Made by a program: the position numbers and the translations under genes. The notes below the pieces were generated by a model that had not been told where the DNA came from, searched no databases, and saw nothing but the letters and a program-made list of their open reading frames with translations. A DNA stretch of 64,000 bases from an uncultured delta proteobacterium (GTDB lineage Bacteria; Desulfobacterota; BSN033; UBA1163): assembly GCA_963708295.1 (NCBI GenBank), contig CAVPSJ010000019.1, positions 81,498-145,497 on the forward strand, in the 5' to 3' direction. This document shows, in pieces, positions 1 through 10,090 of the stretch; position 1 is the first letter of the stretch, and each line of letters begins with the position of its first letter.

Positions 1-10
1 GGAAGACGTC

Positions 11-532
11 ATGGAAGGCTTAAAAGCGTTAATAAAAGGGCTTGCCACCACCTTGAAAATTCTTTTCCGAAAGCCCGTCACCGAGCAGTATCCGGAGGTT
101 AAACGGCTCCTGCCCGCAAGGTCCCGGGCCGTCATCATCCTCACGCGCGATCCGGACGGAGAAGAGCGCTGCGTGGCCTGCTATCTCTGCTCGGCGGTCT
201 GCCCGGTCAGTTGTATCTCCATGCAGTCAGCCCAGCGCGGGGACGGACGCCGTTACCCCCGATGGTTTCGTATCAATTTTGCCCGCTGTATTTACTGCGG
301 TCTTTGTGAGGAGGCATGCCCGACGCTTGCCATTCAATTGACTCCTCATTTCGAGACGAGCCAACGGGATATTTTGAAGCTTGTCTATGAGAAAGAAGAC
401 CTACTGGTCAATCATGGCGGAAAGAACAAGGATTACAATTTCTACCGATATGCTGGCGTCACCATGGTGGGGGATAAAGGAACCCATATTGACGAACAGA
501 AACCGGTCGATTTGAAGAGCAACCTTCCGTAG
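11..532 (+). CDS. nuoI: NADH-quinone oxidoreductase subunit I (2x[4Fe-4S])
   Basis: Two CxxCxxCxxxCP motifs ([24 protein letters not shown]) and VTEQYPE; first gene of the nuoI-N run. Confidence 0.96.
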   Translation: MEGLKALIKGLATTLKILFRKPVTEQYPEVKRLLPARSRAVIILTRDPDGEERCVACYLCSAVCPVSCISMQSAQRGDGRRYPRWFRINFARCIYCGLCEEACPTLAIQLTPHFETSQRDILKLVYEKEDLLVNHGGKNKDYNFYRYAGVTMVGDKGTHIDEQKPVDLKSNLP

Positions 533-540
533 TAACCACC

Positions 541-669
541 TGGAGTAATGGAGTAACGGAGTAGTGAAAAAAAGGCAAAAGAATCTGGAACAATGGAATC
601 GTGGAATAATGGGAAAACAATTAAAACCTTTATACCCAATATTCCATTCTTCCAATATTCCAGTATTCC
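541..669. repeat. 8-nt-period imperfect inverted repeat array between nuoI and nuoJ
   Basis: Left arm TGGAGTAA/TGGAACAA/TGGAATAA units; right arm TCCAATAT/TCCATTCT/TCCAGTAT units. Confidence 0.8.
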
Positions 670-721
670 TGAACACTCTATCGGAGGTCTGAACTGACTC
701 TTCCATGCCGTTATCTTTTAT

Positions 722-1240
722 GTGCTCGGCATCGTCATCCTGACGGCAACGGGACTCGCCGTCACCCGGCGGCAACCGGTTCATGCCGTGCTCTATCTGA
801 TCGTTGCTTTCTTGGGCACAGCAGCTCTTTTCTTCCTGCTTGGGGCACCGCTCTTGGCCGCCTTCGTGGTCATCATCTACGCAGGGGCGATCCTGGTCCT
901 CGTCCTATTTGTGATCATGCTGCTTCAGCGGTCTCCCCGGGAGCTCAGTTTGCGGTCTGAGTGGGGGCCTGCCGTGCTTTTGGGAATCATCTTTCTCGCC
1001 GTTGCCGTTGCGACGGTCTTCAAGGACCCCGGCAGCAGAATCGTCCTCCAGGGCGCTGTCGCCCAGCCCCGCGACTTCGGTCGTTTCCTCTTCGACAGAT
1101 ACTGGCTGGCCGTTGAGATCGTCTCCATCCTGTTTCTCGTTGCTCTGGTGGCTATCCTTCACTTAGGTAAGAGAAGGGAAGCGGACGGCGACGAGGACCC
1201 CGTTAGAAATCCCAACGGGGCAAAGGAGGGCCACTCATGA
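722..1240 (+). CDS. nuoJ: NADH-quinone oxidoreductase subunit J (true start probably slightly upstream)
   Basis: Hydrophobic; PVHAVLYL and IIYAGAILVLVLFVIMLL motifs; the frame is open back to 698 and there is a GGAGGT at 683. Confidence 0.92.
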   Translation: MLGIVILTATGLAVTRRQPVHAVLYLIVAFLGTAALFFLLGAPLLAAFVVIIYAGAILVLVLFVIMLLQRSPRELSLRSEWGPAVLLGIIFLAVAVATVFKDPGSRIVLQGAVAQPRDFGRFLFDRYWLAVEIVSILFLVALVAILHLGKRREADGDEDPVRNPNGAKEGHS

Positions 1241-1542
1241 TCGTTCCTTTAGGCCATGTCTTTCTTCTGGCAGGGATTGTCTTCGCCATGGGCCTCGTCT
1301 GTCTCGTGGCCCACCGAAACTTAATTATGACACTCATCGGTGTGGAAGTGATGATGAATGCGGCGGCCATCGCCTTCGTCGCGGCGGCCTTGCGCTGGAG
1401 GTTGATGGAAGGGCAAGCCTTTGTCCTCTTCATCCTCGCGGTGTCCGCGGCCGAGATCTCCTTGGGGCTGGCGCTGGTCGTCAGTCTGTATCGACGAACC
1501 GGCTCGATCGATCCGGACCGTTACGACATCTTGAAATGGTAG
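1237..1542 (+). CDS. nuoK: NADH-quinone oxidoreductase subunit K
   Basis: RNLIMTLIGVEVMMNAA and AAEISLGLA motifs; ATGA overlap with nuoJ. Confidence 0.96.
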   Translation: MIVPLGHVFLLAGIVFAMGLVCLVAHRNLIMTLIGVEVMMNAAAIAFVAAALRWRLMEGQAFVLFILAVSAAEISLGLALVVSLYRRTGSIDPDRYDILKW

Positions 1543-1551
1543 TTAAAGAAA

Positions 1552-1601
1552 CTGGAATAATGGAACGCTGGACCCATCATTCCAATATTCCATTATTCCA
1601 T
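1552..1601. repeat. 8-nt-period inverted repeat array (same monomer family as 541-669)
   Basis: TGGAATAA TGGAACGC TGGA / CCCATCAT TCCAATAT TCCATTAT TCCA. Confidence 0.75.
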
Positions 1602-1612
1602 CCGGGTCTCCG

Positions 1613-1720
1613 GGCCCCCCTTTTCCCCTCCCCCTTGGGGGGAGGGCGAGGGTAGGGGTGAAATCCCGGGTGAATTTGGCCCCCTCACCCCAACCCTCTC
1701 CCTCCAGGGGAGAGGGAGTT
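1613..1720. repeat. REP-like doublet of GC-rich palindromes
   Basis: CCCTCCCCCTTGGGGGGAGGGCGAGGGTAGGGGTG facing CCCCTCACCCCAACCCTCTCCCCTCCAGGGGAGAGGG. Confidence 0.75.
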
Positions 1721-1751
1721 ATTGGATGAAAACAACCGAGGTAAGCCAACA

Positions 1752-3635
1752 ATGACTTCCTGGTTACAAGATCCGACGTTGATGGCAGCGATACTGACCA
1801 CGTGGCTGCCCTTCATCTCTTTCCTGCTCATCATGGTGTTCACCAGGAATCATCGGCGCCTCTCAGGCGTAATCGCTGTTGCGGCGGTGACCGGCTCGGT
1901 CGCGGGGGCCGTCTTCCTGCTGACGCGACACTGGGGTGCCGGCCATCCCATCCACTACTCGTCAAGATGGCTCATCGCGGGCGATCTCTCCATCCCCTTC
2001 GGGTTTCTACTGGACCCGGTGAGCCTGCTCATGCTCCTTCTGGTGGCGGGCATCAGTTTTCTCGTTCAGGTGTATTCCTTCGGCTACATGGCCGGCGACC
2101 CGGGGTTCTCTCGCTACTACGCTTTTCAGTCGTTGTTCGCCTGGGCCATGATGACCTTGAGCATCTCTTCGGCCATGCTTCAGCTTTACGTTTTCTGGGA
2201 GCTGGTCGGGCTTTCGTCGTATCTGCTTATCGGTTTCTGGTACGAGAAATTCAGCGCCACCCAGGCGGGAAAGAAGGCCTTTGTCATGACCCGTCTGGGC
2301 GACGTTGCGTTTTTCATCGGCCTTCTGCTGGTACTGCTTCACCTGGGGAACGTGGACATCCTGGAGATGAACAGTCCCGAGGCAGCGGCCAGCATGAACT
2401 CCGGGTTTCTGACCCTGGCGTCACTGTTGATCTTCGGCGGAATCGTAGGCAAGAGCGCTCAGTTTCCGCTGATGACGTGGCTGCCAGACGCCATGGAGGG
2501 CCCCACACCGGTCAGCGCCCTGCTCCACTCTGCCACCATGGTAGCCGCAGGAGTCTATCTTTTCGCCCGCCTGTTTCCTTTCTTCAGCCATTCGGCAGAC
2601 GCCATGACCGTGTTTCTGGCCATCGGCACTGTCTCCATGCTCCTGGCCTCCACTATGGCCATGGTCAGCCGGGACATCAAGCGGGTCTGGGCGTATTCCA
2701 CCATCAGCCAGCTGGGGTTGATGATCATGGGGCTTGCTGCGGGAAGCCTCTTCGCGGGGACCTTTCATCTCACCACTCATGCGGGCTTCAAAGCGCTGCT
2801 TTTCCTCTGTTCAGGCATTTGGGTCCATCTGTACGAGACGAACGATGTGTACGAGATCTCCAGGCGCGGAGGTCGACGGTTGAAGACTCCGATGGTGTGT
2901 TTGGTCATCGCAGCGGCAGCCCTTTCCGGACTGCCGCCGTTCTCGGGCTTTTTCAGTAAAGAGGCCGTGCTCGGGGCACTGGCCGGACTGGAGAGCCCCG
3001 CCTGGCTGGCGGCCGGGTTACTCGGCGTCTTCCTCACCGCTTACTACGCGTTCCGGCTGATATTCATCATTCTCTTCCCGCGGGAAGAAATTCAGAGAGA
3101 GCCTGCCCCTCATAGAACGGAAGGGATGGGCGCTCTCTACTGGGCCATGGGTTTACCGCTACTCATCCTGGCCGGTGTGACCGTGGTGCTGGGGTTTCTG
3201 GAGATTCCGCTCCGTGAGTTTCTCTCAGGGGGCATGACCGCCCACACGTATGGGGATCATACATGGCTTCCCTATATCAGCGTACTGCTGGCAGTCCTGG
3301 GTGTGGGTATCGCCTGGTTTGAGTTTGGCCGCCGCGCTGCCCCTCAGGTCGGTTTCGTCGAGAAGCTCCCGGTACTTAAGGAGCTCTTTGCCCAACGCTG
3401 GTATCTGGACCATGCGTACCGGAGATTTGTGGACACCGTGATCGACGGTCTCCTTTCCAAGGGATGCGCCAAGAACGAAGACAGGGTGATCAACAAAAGC
3501 ATCGATGGGTTCTGCGACTTCATTTTGGACAGCGGTTACCTGTTGTCCTTTCTGCAGTCCGGAAAACTGAGGTACAATCTTATCGTCATGTTCGCCGCCC
3601 TGGCTTTGGTGGCGTTGTACTTTTTGTTCGCTTAG
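1752..3635 (+). CDS. nuoL: NADH-quinone oxidoreductase subunit L
   Basis: FWELVGLSSYLLIGFW and GKSAQFPLMTWLPDAMEGPTPVSALLHSATMV; GAGGT upstream of ATG 1752. Confidence 0.96.
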   Translation: MTSWLQDPTLMAAILTTWLPFISFLLIMVFTRNHRRLSGVIAVAAVTGSVAGAVFLLTRHWGAGHPIHYSSRWLIAGDLSIPFGFLLDPVSLLMLLLVAGISFLVQVYSFGYMAGDPGFSRYYAFQSLFAWAMMTLSISSAMLQLYVFWELVGLSSYLLIGFWYEKFSATQAGKKAFVMTRLGDVAFFIGLLLVLLHLGNVDILEMNSPEAAASMNSGFLTLASLLIFGGIVGKSAQFPLMTWLPDAMEGPTPVSALLHSATMVAAGVYLFARLFPFFSHSADAMTVFLAIGTVSMLLASTMAMVSRDIKRVWAYSTISQLGLMIMGLAAGSLFAGTFHLTTHAGFKALLFLCSGIWVHLYETNDVYEISRRGGRRLKTPMVCLVIAAAALSGLPPFSGFFSKEAVLGALAGLESPAWLAAGLLGVFLTAYYAFRLIFIILFPREEIQREPAPHRTEGMGALYWAMGLPLLILAGVTVVLGFLEIPLREFLSGGMTAHTYGDHTWLPYISVLLAVLGVGIAWFEFGRRAAPQVGFVEKLPVLKELFAQRWYLDHAYRRFVDTVIDGLLSKGCAKNEDRVINKSIDGFCDFILDSGYLLSFLQSGKLRYNLIVMFAALALVALYFLFA

Positions 3636-3674
3636 GACGTCGCCGAATGGACTCGGTGATTTAGTTGTCGCAGT

Positions 3675-3761
3675 CGGAGTAATGGAATATTGGAGTGATG
3701 GAGTAATGGTCATGTCTTTTTTCTTTTTTATCTCCAACATTGCAGTACTCCAGCACTCCAT
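3675..3761. repeat. 8-nt-period inverted repeat array between nuoL and nuoM
   Basis: CGGAGTAA TGGAATAT TGGAGTGA TGGAGTAA / TCCAACAT TGCAGTAC TCCAGCAC TCCA. Confidence 0.8.
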
Positions 3762-3784
3762 TTATCCAGTCTGAGAGTACACCA

Positions 3785-5266
3785 ATGAATGTTGAAGTGG
3801 CTCATTTTCCGTATCTTTCCGCCATCCTTCTCAGCTGCGTGGTGGGCCTTGTGGTCATCCTTTTCATTCCCCGCGAGCGAGAAACCCTGGTCAAGGGGGT
3901 AAGCCTGGTCTTTTCGGGGATCGCTCTGGCGCTTTCCATCTATGTTTTTTGCGCGTATGACAGGGCGCAGGGAGGCCTTCAGTTCGTAGAGAAAGTGCTT
4001 TGGGTGGAGCGGCTGGGAATTCACTACTTCAACGGAGCGGACGGCTTCAACCTTCCTTTGATCCTCCTCACCGGGATTGTGCACTTCACCGGCGTTTTAA
4101 CGATGTGGGAGTTAAAGGGACGGGTCAAGGAGTTCTTCGCCTTTACCTCCGTGCTCGTCCTCGGCGTCTTCGGATTCTTCATGAGTATGGATCTCTTCTT
4201 TCTCTTCGTCTGGTACGACGTCTCCCTTTTCCCCATGTATCCGCTCATCGCCATCTGGGGAACGACGCGAAAGGAGTACGGGGCGCTGAAACTCTTCCTT
4301 TACCTCCTGGCGGGAAGCGCCCTGGTCCTTCCGGGCATCGTGTATCTCGCGGTGGTCTCAGGGTTGCACACCTTCGACATCTTGGCCCTCATGCAGCCGG
4401 GGGCCTTGACGCCCGGGCAGCAGAGGTTTGCCTTCATCCTCTTTTATCTCGGCTTCGGGATCCTCGCGGGCGTCTGGCCTTTTCATACGTGGTCGCCCGT
4501 TGGCCACGTGGCCGCGCCCACATCCGTGAGCATGATTCACGCTGGAGTCCTGATGAAGGTCGGCGCCTTCGGAATTCTGCGGGTTGCGATTTTTCTCTGC
4601 CCGATCGGGTGGGCGTACTGGGCGCCCGTGATGGCCGTTTTGGCAACCATCGGCATCGTCTATGGAATCTTCGTCGGGCTGAGACAGACCGACCTCAAGT
4701 ATGTGGTTGCCTTTTCCAGCGTCTCCCACATGGGGATCGTGGGGCTGGGGCTTTCCACAGTCACTGCGGAGGGGCTCAACGGGGCTGTCTTTCAGATGTT
4801 TGCCCACGGCATCATGACCGCGCTTCTCTTCTCATCCCTGGGTTACATCTACGACAAGACACACACCAAATTGATCCCGGAACTTGGCGGAATGAGCAGG
4901 GTCATGCCCGTGGCCTCGGGTTACTTCATCGTGGCTGCACTGGCCGGAATGGGGGTACCCGGTTTCGCCAGTTTCTGGGCGGAGGTGACGGTCTTCATCT
5001 CTGCTCTCGAGGTCTACCCCGTCCTGGGCGTGCTGGCCATCTGTGCCGTGGTCCTGAGCGCCCTCTACATGCTGAGGGTGGTGCAGAAAACCTTCTACGG
5101 GGAACGGAACGAACGCTACGCTCATCTGCCAGACGTCTCCTTCAGCCTCGGCCTGCCCAGGATGATCCTGGTTGCGGTCATGGTTCTCTTCGGCCTGTTT
5201 CCCAGACTGATGCTCGATCTCATTCAAACGGCTGTCATTCCATTGATGGGAGGGGCGCCCAGATGA
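3785..5266 (+). CDS. nuoM: NADH-quinone oxidoreductase subunit M
   Basis: WPFHTW, AFSSVSHMG, FQMFAHG and PGFASFWAE motifs; located between nuoL and nuoN. Confidence 0.95.
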   Translation: MNVEVAHFPYLSAILLSCVVGLVVILFIPRERETLVKGVSLVFSGIALALSIYVFCAYDRAQGGLQFVEKVLWVERLGIHYFNGADGFNLPLILLTGIVHFTGVLTMWELKGRVKEFFAFTSVLVLGVFGFFMSMDLFFLFVWYDVSLFPMYPLIAIWGTTRKEYGALKLFLYLLAGSALVLPGIVYLAVVSGLHTFDILALMQPGALTPGQQRFAFILFYLGFGILAGVWPFHTWSPVGHVAAPTSVSMIHAGVLMKVGAFGILRVAIFLCPIGWAYWAPVMAVLATIGIVYGIFVGLRQTDLKYVVAFSSVSHMGIVGLGLSTVTAEGLNGAVFQMFAHGIMTALLFSSLGYIYDKTHTKLIPELGGMSRVMPVASGYFIVAALAGMGVPGFASFWAEVTVFISALEVYPVLGVLAICAVVLSALYMLRVVQKTFYGERNERYAHLPDVSFSLGLPRMILVAVMVLFGLFPRLMLDLIQTAVIPLMGGAPR

Positions 5267-6675
5267 AGTGGTTGATCCTCGGGCCGGAGATTTACTTTCT
5301 CGCAGTCGCCGCCGTATTCCTCATCTTCTCCATGACGCGCCCGAAGGGGAGGCGTGATTTCTCGGCTGCCTTATTCCTCGCCGGCCTTGGGGTGGCGGTG
5401 ACGCTGGCGGCCGTCCGCCTGGAGGGATCCCTTTTCCACGGAGCTTATCGAGTCGATCTCTTCTCCCAACTCTTCAAGGGCTTGTTGTCCGTTGGATTCT
5501 TCCTCGTGGTCTGTCTCTGCTCAAACCTGAAAGGAATTCACGAGACAAAGCAACCGGAGTTCTATCTTCTGCTGGCAACCTGTACCCTGGGCATGATGTT
5601 GTTGGTCAGCAGCCTCGAACTACTGACCCTCTATGTCGCACTCGAGCTGGCCAGTTACTCGCTCTATGCCCTCGTCCCGTTGAGAAGCGGCAGCGGCCAG
5701 CAGATCGAGGCCGGGATCAAGTACTTTCTTACGGGGATCGCCACCTCGGCCCTGATGCTTTTCGGCTTAGCCTCTCTGTTCGCGGCGACGCAGACCACCT
5801 TGATCAGTGAGCTGATTCTGAAGCTGCCCGCCTTGCTCAACACCCCCATGGCCTTCATCGGGCTGCTGCTCACCCTGTGCGGTTTTTTCTTCAAGCTGGC
5901 CCTCTTTCCGTTCCACGTCTGGGCACCCAGCGTGTACCAGGGAGCCGCAAATCAGGTGACGGCGTTTCTGGCCACTGCCACAAAGGTAACGGCCATGGCC
6001 ATGCTCGTCCGCCTGGTATCCATGAGCGACGGCAACATATCCTTGGCCCACGTGCTCATCGCGCTTGCCATCGTCTCCATGACCTACGGGAACCTGGTCG
6101 CGCTGGTTCAGAAGGACTTCAAGCGCCTGCTGGCTTATTCGGCCATCGCCCATGCGGGCTACTCGCTCATCGGCATCCTCAGCATGAATCCAACCGGCTA
6201 CGCCGCCGCGGTCTTCTACGCCCTGGCTTACCTCGCCATGACCTTCACTTGTTTCCTCGTCGTGGTGAAGGTCGCATCGGACGGCCGCGACCTCCCGATC
6301 GTCCAGCTGGCGGGGCTTCACCGTCGCTCGCCGCTCCTGGCCATGGCGCTCATGGTGGGCGTGTTCAGCTTGGGGGGTATCCCTCCGACGATCGGATTCA
6401 CCGGGAAGTTCCTGGTCTTTAATGCGGCCATGGAGAGAGGATACTTTCTGTTGGTCCTCATCGCCATGATCAACGTGGTCGTTTCTCTCTACTATTACAT
6501 CCTGGTGGTGAAAGCGGCTTTCCTCCTCGAGCCGGACGAGGAGCTACCGCCCATCCATCTCTCTGCCCCTGCGACCCTTCTCACTGTGGTGATGGTTCTC
6601 GTGATCGTCGTAGGGGGTATTTGGCCGGGCCAGCTCTTCGAGTTGGCTCGGACCGCCGTGCAAACACTCCGGTAA
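5263..6675 (+). CDS. nuoN: NADH-quinone oxidoreductase subunit N
   Basis: EAGIKYF, FKLALFPFHVWAPSVYQGA, KRLLAYSAIAHAGY and SLGGIPPTIGFTGK; ATGA overlap with nuoM. Confidence 0.96.
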   Translation: MKWLILGPEIYFLAVAAVFLIFSMTRPKGRRDFSAALFLAGLGVAVTLAAVRLEGSLFHGAYRVDLFSQLFKGLLSVGFFLVVCLCSNLKGIHETKQPEFYLLLATCTLGMMLLVSSLELLTLYVALELASYSLYALVPLRSGSGQQIEAGIKYFLTGIATSALMLFGLASLFAATQTTLISELILKLPALLNTPMAFIGLLLTLCGFFFKLALFPFHVWAPSVYQGAANQVTAFLATATKVTAMAMLVRLVSMSDGNISLAHVLIALAIVSMTYGNLVALVQKDFKRLLAYSAIAHAGYSLIGILSMNPTGYAAAVFYALAYLAMTFTCFLVVVKVASDGRDLPIVQLAGLHRRSPLLAMALMVGVFSLGGIPPTIGFTGKFLVFNAAMERGYFLLVLIAMINVVVSLYYYILVVKAAFLLEPDEELPPIHLSAPATLLTVVMVLVIVVGGIWPGQLFELARTAVQTLR

Positions 6676-6739
6676 CCTTCTCTTCCATGGGTGACGTATG
6701 CTATAATGTCTTTAAAAAAATAACAGAAAGGAGGTCAGC

Positions 6740-7291
6740 ATGAGAATAAAAGTAATTTACGGATGGGTATTCCTGGCAATGCTCCTACTCTTTCTTCTTC
6801 CCCTTTCCGAGGTGAAAGCCGCGAAGAAGGTAGAGCTCGTCGGCAAGGAGACACTCAATTTTACCCTGCCATCCACGCAGGACCGGTTGATCAATTATGC
6901 GGATGAGTATTATGGAAAGCATTATCTCATCATCACATTCTTCCCAGCGGCTTTCACACCGGTCTGAACGGGCGAGATGGAGGGTCATCAGAGGAATCTT
7001 TACCTCTATGACCGCTTCAACGCCCGCGTCGTGGGCGTCAGCCGGGACGATGTGACCACATTGAAATACTGGGGGAAGGATCTGGGTGTCACCTTTCCGC
7101 TTCTTTCAAACATCACTGGGTTCTTGGGTGTTACTTTCGACACGCTCATCGAAGGGAAACCCATCTTTCGAAGGAGAACGGTGATCATCGATAAAACCGG
7201 GATCATTCGCTATGCGAGGGATGGTTCACCCGACTTCAAAGATATTCTCCTCTTTCTCAAAAAACTGAACCAGGAAGGAGGAAAACCATGA
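6740..7291 (+). CDS. Exported peroxiredoxin-like (AhpC/TSA, BCP/AhpE-type) protein, probable selenoprotein (UGA 6965-6967)
   Basis: ORFs 6740-6967 and 6977-7291 are in frame; FFPAAFTPV-UGA-TGEM matches PxxxTxxC; downstream VVGVSRD, FPLLS and RRTVIIDKTGIIRY complete the Prx fold; N-terminal signal peptide. Confidence 0.88.
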
Positions 7292-7899
7292 TGAGAAAAG
7301 GTTTGACGATTCTATTCTTTCTGTGGGTGAGTGCCTGGCTTTCCGGATGTGCCACCATGGAAACTCCCAAGCAGGTTCCTTACAAGGTGATGCCCGGAGG
7401 AATAGTTGTCTGGGAAGATGAAATCGAGTTTAAGATTCCTCCTCCTGGATGGAAATTGCTCCGGGTGGAAGCAGGAGAGAATGACATCAATTTCGGATTT
7501 ATGAGATCAGACCCAGGAGGATTTCCCTCTGGCACTACTTTCGCCTATGATGAGGAGCCTTTTGGGTGTTCAGCAGCCTCGTTCGACGGAAGAGAAAGGG
7601 AATTCTTCAAGAGGTTTCTTTTCAATGCGATTCTCCAGTTTCAAATTCTGGAGAGAAAAAAGGTTCAGGTGGTCGGAGGAGAAGGGCTCCAGGTTGATGT
7701 GGAGGGAAAGGACCCGGTCAAAGGCGAGAAAGTCCGGGCCCGGGTCGTCTTCGGCAAGCGAGGTGATCGGATTATAGGATTCTATATCACCCAATGGAGG
7801 CCCATGGCTGGAACGTACGATCTCTCGGCCTTTGACGTCTTTGACAAATTTGTGAGCTCCTTCAAATATTTAAAGAAATCTTTTTACGAAACTCTCTAA
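7288..7899 (+). CDS. Hypothetical lipoprotein
   Basis: Lipobox LSGC; overlaps the stop codon of the Prx-like gene; GGAGG SD. Confidence 0.8.
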   Translation: MMRKGLTILFFLWVSAWLSGCATMETPKQVPYKVMPGGIVVWEDEIEFKIPPPGWKLLRVEAGENDINFGFMRSDPGGFPSGTTFAYDEEPFGCSAASFDGREREFFKRFLFNAILQFQILERKKVQVVGGEGLQVDVEGKDPVKGEKVRARVVFGKRGDRIIGFYITQWRPMAGTYDLSAFDVFDKFVSSFKYLKKSFYETL

Positions 7900-7962
7900 T
7901 CTGAAGAGTTATTGAGTGAATAAGTTATGGAGTTATTCTGGAAAAGGGTGAGAGAAATTCTC

Positions 7963-9157
7963 TCATCCTTTTTTATTTAGTGCGGTCAGGGCGAGACAGA
8001 GCAGAAACCCTGTCAGGGAAACGATCAGCGTTGATTGAAAAGAACCCGTCGAATCCTTAAGATACCCGCCGGAGATCGTCCCCAAAAACTGCCCGATGCC
8101 GTGGATTAAAGTGACCAATCCGTAGACAGAAGCCCTTTTTTCACCGATCCGGTCTCCAACGGATGCCGCCACCACAGTGACTGTTCCTAAGAACGTCCCC
8201 CCGAAAAGAAAGGCTGAAAAACCCATGAAGAAAGTCTGATGAAGCAGCAGAGGAAGGAGGACGGAAAGCGAGATGATCCCGTTGTTCCAGAGCAATGCCT
8301 TCCGTCGACCCAAACGGTCTGAAAGGTATCCCCAGAGGAGTCCGCTCCCCGTACACATCCAGCCAAAAATGGCCCAGATATCCCCTGCCGTTTTCGCTGT
8401 CAGTCGAATCTCTTCTATCATATAAGCAACAAAGTAGGTCGCATAGATGTTATAAGAGAATCCAAAGATGAAATAGATGACAAAAATGGCCTTCAGGGTG
8501 AGTTCTTCACTCTCTCTCTTGAAGAGGTAGTCGCTTCTTCTCTCCATCAAGACTGGGAGCGAGAAAAGCGGTCTGGCCCGGTTTCTCTTTCAATAATATC
8601 CATCCGAGGACGGCAACCGAAAAAGTGATCAACGCCAGAAGGAACCAGCACTGTCTCCAGGCCTCCTTTCCCAAACTGAGGAGAAGATAGGGAAGCAGGA
8701 GGCCCGTGACAATAATACCAAGGCCTGTCCCGCCTGTGACGACGCCAACGGCCCTGCCCAGTCTTCGCTCTTCGAACCAGACCATGGGTAAAGTGGTTAT
8801 GGAGATGTGAGAACCCGCAGCCCCTGCTCCCATGGCAAAGCTGAAAAAGAGAAGGGAAGGAAATCCTGATAATCTGCTGATGAAGAACATGGAAAGTGCC
8901 CCGCACAGGAGAGAAGCGATCACAATCCTCTTCGGCCCGAATCGCGTGGCTAACATTCCACCAATGAGCGAAAAGAGAAGGTAACCCAGCATGATGGCTC
9001 CGCTCAAAAGCCCCATCTCGCTGTAATTGAACGAGAGCGATGCTCGCATATTGGGCAAAAGCATGGGATAAGCAAACCGGCCAAACCCCAGACCCGTCAT
9101 CTTGACGAGGACCCCCACTCCTACAATCACCCAACCGTAGTGGATCGCTTTCATCAT
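7963..9157 (-). CDS. MFS transporter (YbfB/YjiJ-like), split by one frameshift near 8510-8550
   Basis: GFGRFAYPMLLP, GMLATRFGPKR and GYLSDRLGRRK MFS motifs spread over two overlapping ORFs. Confidence 0.85.
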
Positions 9158-9188
9158 ATATTCCCAATTGAGTCAAGATTTCCGACAA

Positions 9189-9432
9189 ATCCCCTCTGAC
9201 TCTCCGAAGCTGTGAAAAACTTGAGTTTGAGCCGTCACCCCGGTGAAAACCGGGATCCAGTCAGTTCGTAATCCCATGAAGACGCTGGATTCCAGCTGGA
9301 GTTTATCCCGATGAAAATCGGGGCCGGAATGACGTAAAAAAGAACCAAATCGATTTTCTCACACCTTTCCCTTTGCCAAAGGGGAGAACACGTTTTCATC
9401 CCCCTTTGATAAAGGGGGATTGAGGGGGATTT
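9189..9432. repeat. REP-like inverted doublet (ATCCCCCTTT..AAAGGGGGAT family) interrupted by a MITE-like element
   Basis: Left unit ATCCCCTCTGACTCTCC|CTTTGCCAAAGGGGAG; right unit ATCCCCCTTTGATAAAGGGGGATTGAGGGGGATTT. Confidence 0.7.
9206..9368. mobile_element. MITE-like non-autonomous element, copy 1
   Basis: Imperfect terminal IRs GAAGCTGTGAAAAACTTGA / TCGATTTTCTCACACCTT; internal GGATCCAG..CTGGATTCC..GGAATGAC palindrome; homologous copy at 26990-27154. Confidence 0.7.
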
Positions 9433-9537
9433 GTTTACCATCGCTGTAAATCTTACCCCTCTATATTGACGAAGTCAATCCTTTCTGATATGCATGGTTC
9501 TATAAGTCAACGGTTATGAAACAAGGAGTGACCAGAG

Positions 9538-10059
9538 ATGAAAGTCAGCATTCATCAATCAATCTTGGAAATCGTGCAGGGCGATATTACTCTGCAGGAC
9601 ACCGAGGCCATTGGCAACGCTGCCAATTCGGCATTAGCAGGAGGAGGCGGGGTGGATGGGGCCATCCACAGGGCAGGCGGGCCCTCTATCCTGTCGGAGT
9701 TGAAAACGAAATACAAAGGGTGCCCTACAGGATCGGCCGTGATCACAGGGGGCGGGAATCTCAAGGCTAAGTTTGTGATCCATGCCGTGGGCCCGAGATA
9801 TTCAGGGTCACCCAAAGATGCCGAGCTTTTGTCCGGGGCCTATCGAAAGAGCCTGGAACTGTGCACCCAGAATAAAATCTCTTCGATTGCCTTTCCCTCA
9901 ATCAGCACCGGAATTTATGGGTACCCCGTTGAGGAAGCTTCCAGAATTGCGACAAAAACGGTGATGGACTATCTGAGGAATCACCCCGAAATCAAGCTTG
10001 TTCGGTTTGTCCTCTTCGATTCAAAAACGTTTGAGACCTACCAGGAGGCTCTAGAATAG
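9538..10059 (+). CDS. ymdB: Macrodomain protein (O-acetyl-ADP-ribose deacetylase / ADP-ribosylhydrolase, YmdB-like)
   Basis: GDIT, NAAN, GGGGVDGAIHRAGG, VIHAVGP and FPSISTGIYGYP motifs. Confidence 0.93.
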   Translation: MKVSIHQSILEIVQGDITLQDTEAIGNAANSALAGGGGVDGAIHRAGGPSILSELKTKYKGCPTGSAVITGGGNLKAKFVIHAVGPRYSGSPKDAELLSGAYRKSLELCTQNKISSIAFPSISTGIYGYPVEEASRIATKTVMDYLRNHPEIKLVRFVLFDSKTFETYQEALE

Positions 10060-10090
10060 GGACACCTCCCATTTTTAGAAGGAACGGGAA

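Noticed and set aside
1543-1752. Short ORFs over intergenic repeats (also 9235-9441, 27062-27295, 27755-28252, 3225-3761 and 59816-60004)
   Set aside because: Translations of repeat elements (PSPLEGEGWGEG, VIPAP..GINSS, SPxHRV, LQYSITP), not credible proteins
1802-2959. 385-aa alternative-frame ORF inside nuoL, and the 421-aa N-terminal extension of the nuoN ORF (4000-5262)
   Set aside because: Shadow frames of GC-rich coding DNA; Arg/Gly/Pro-rich with no motifs
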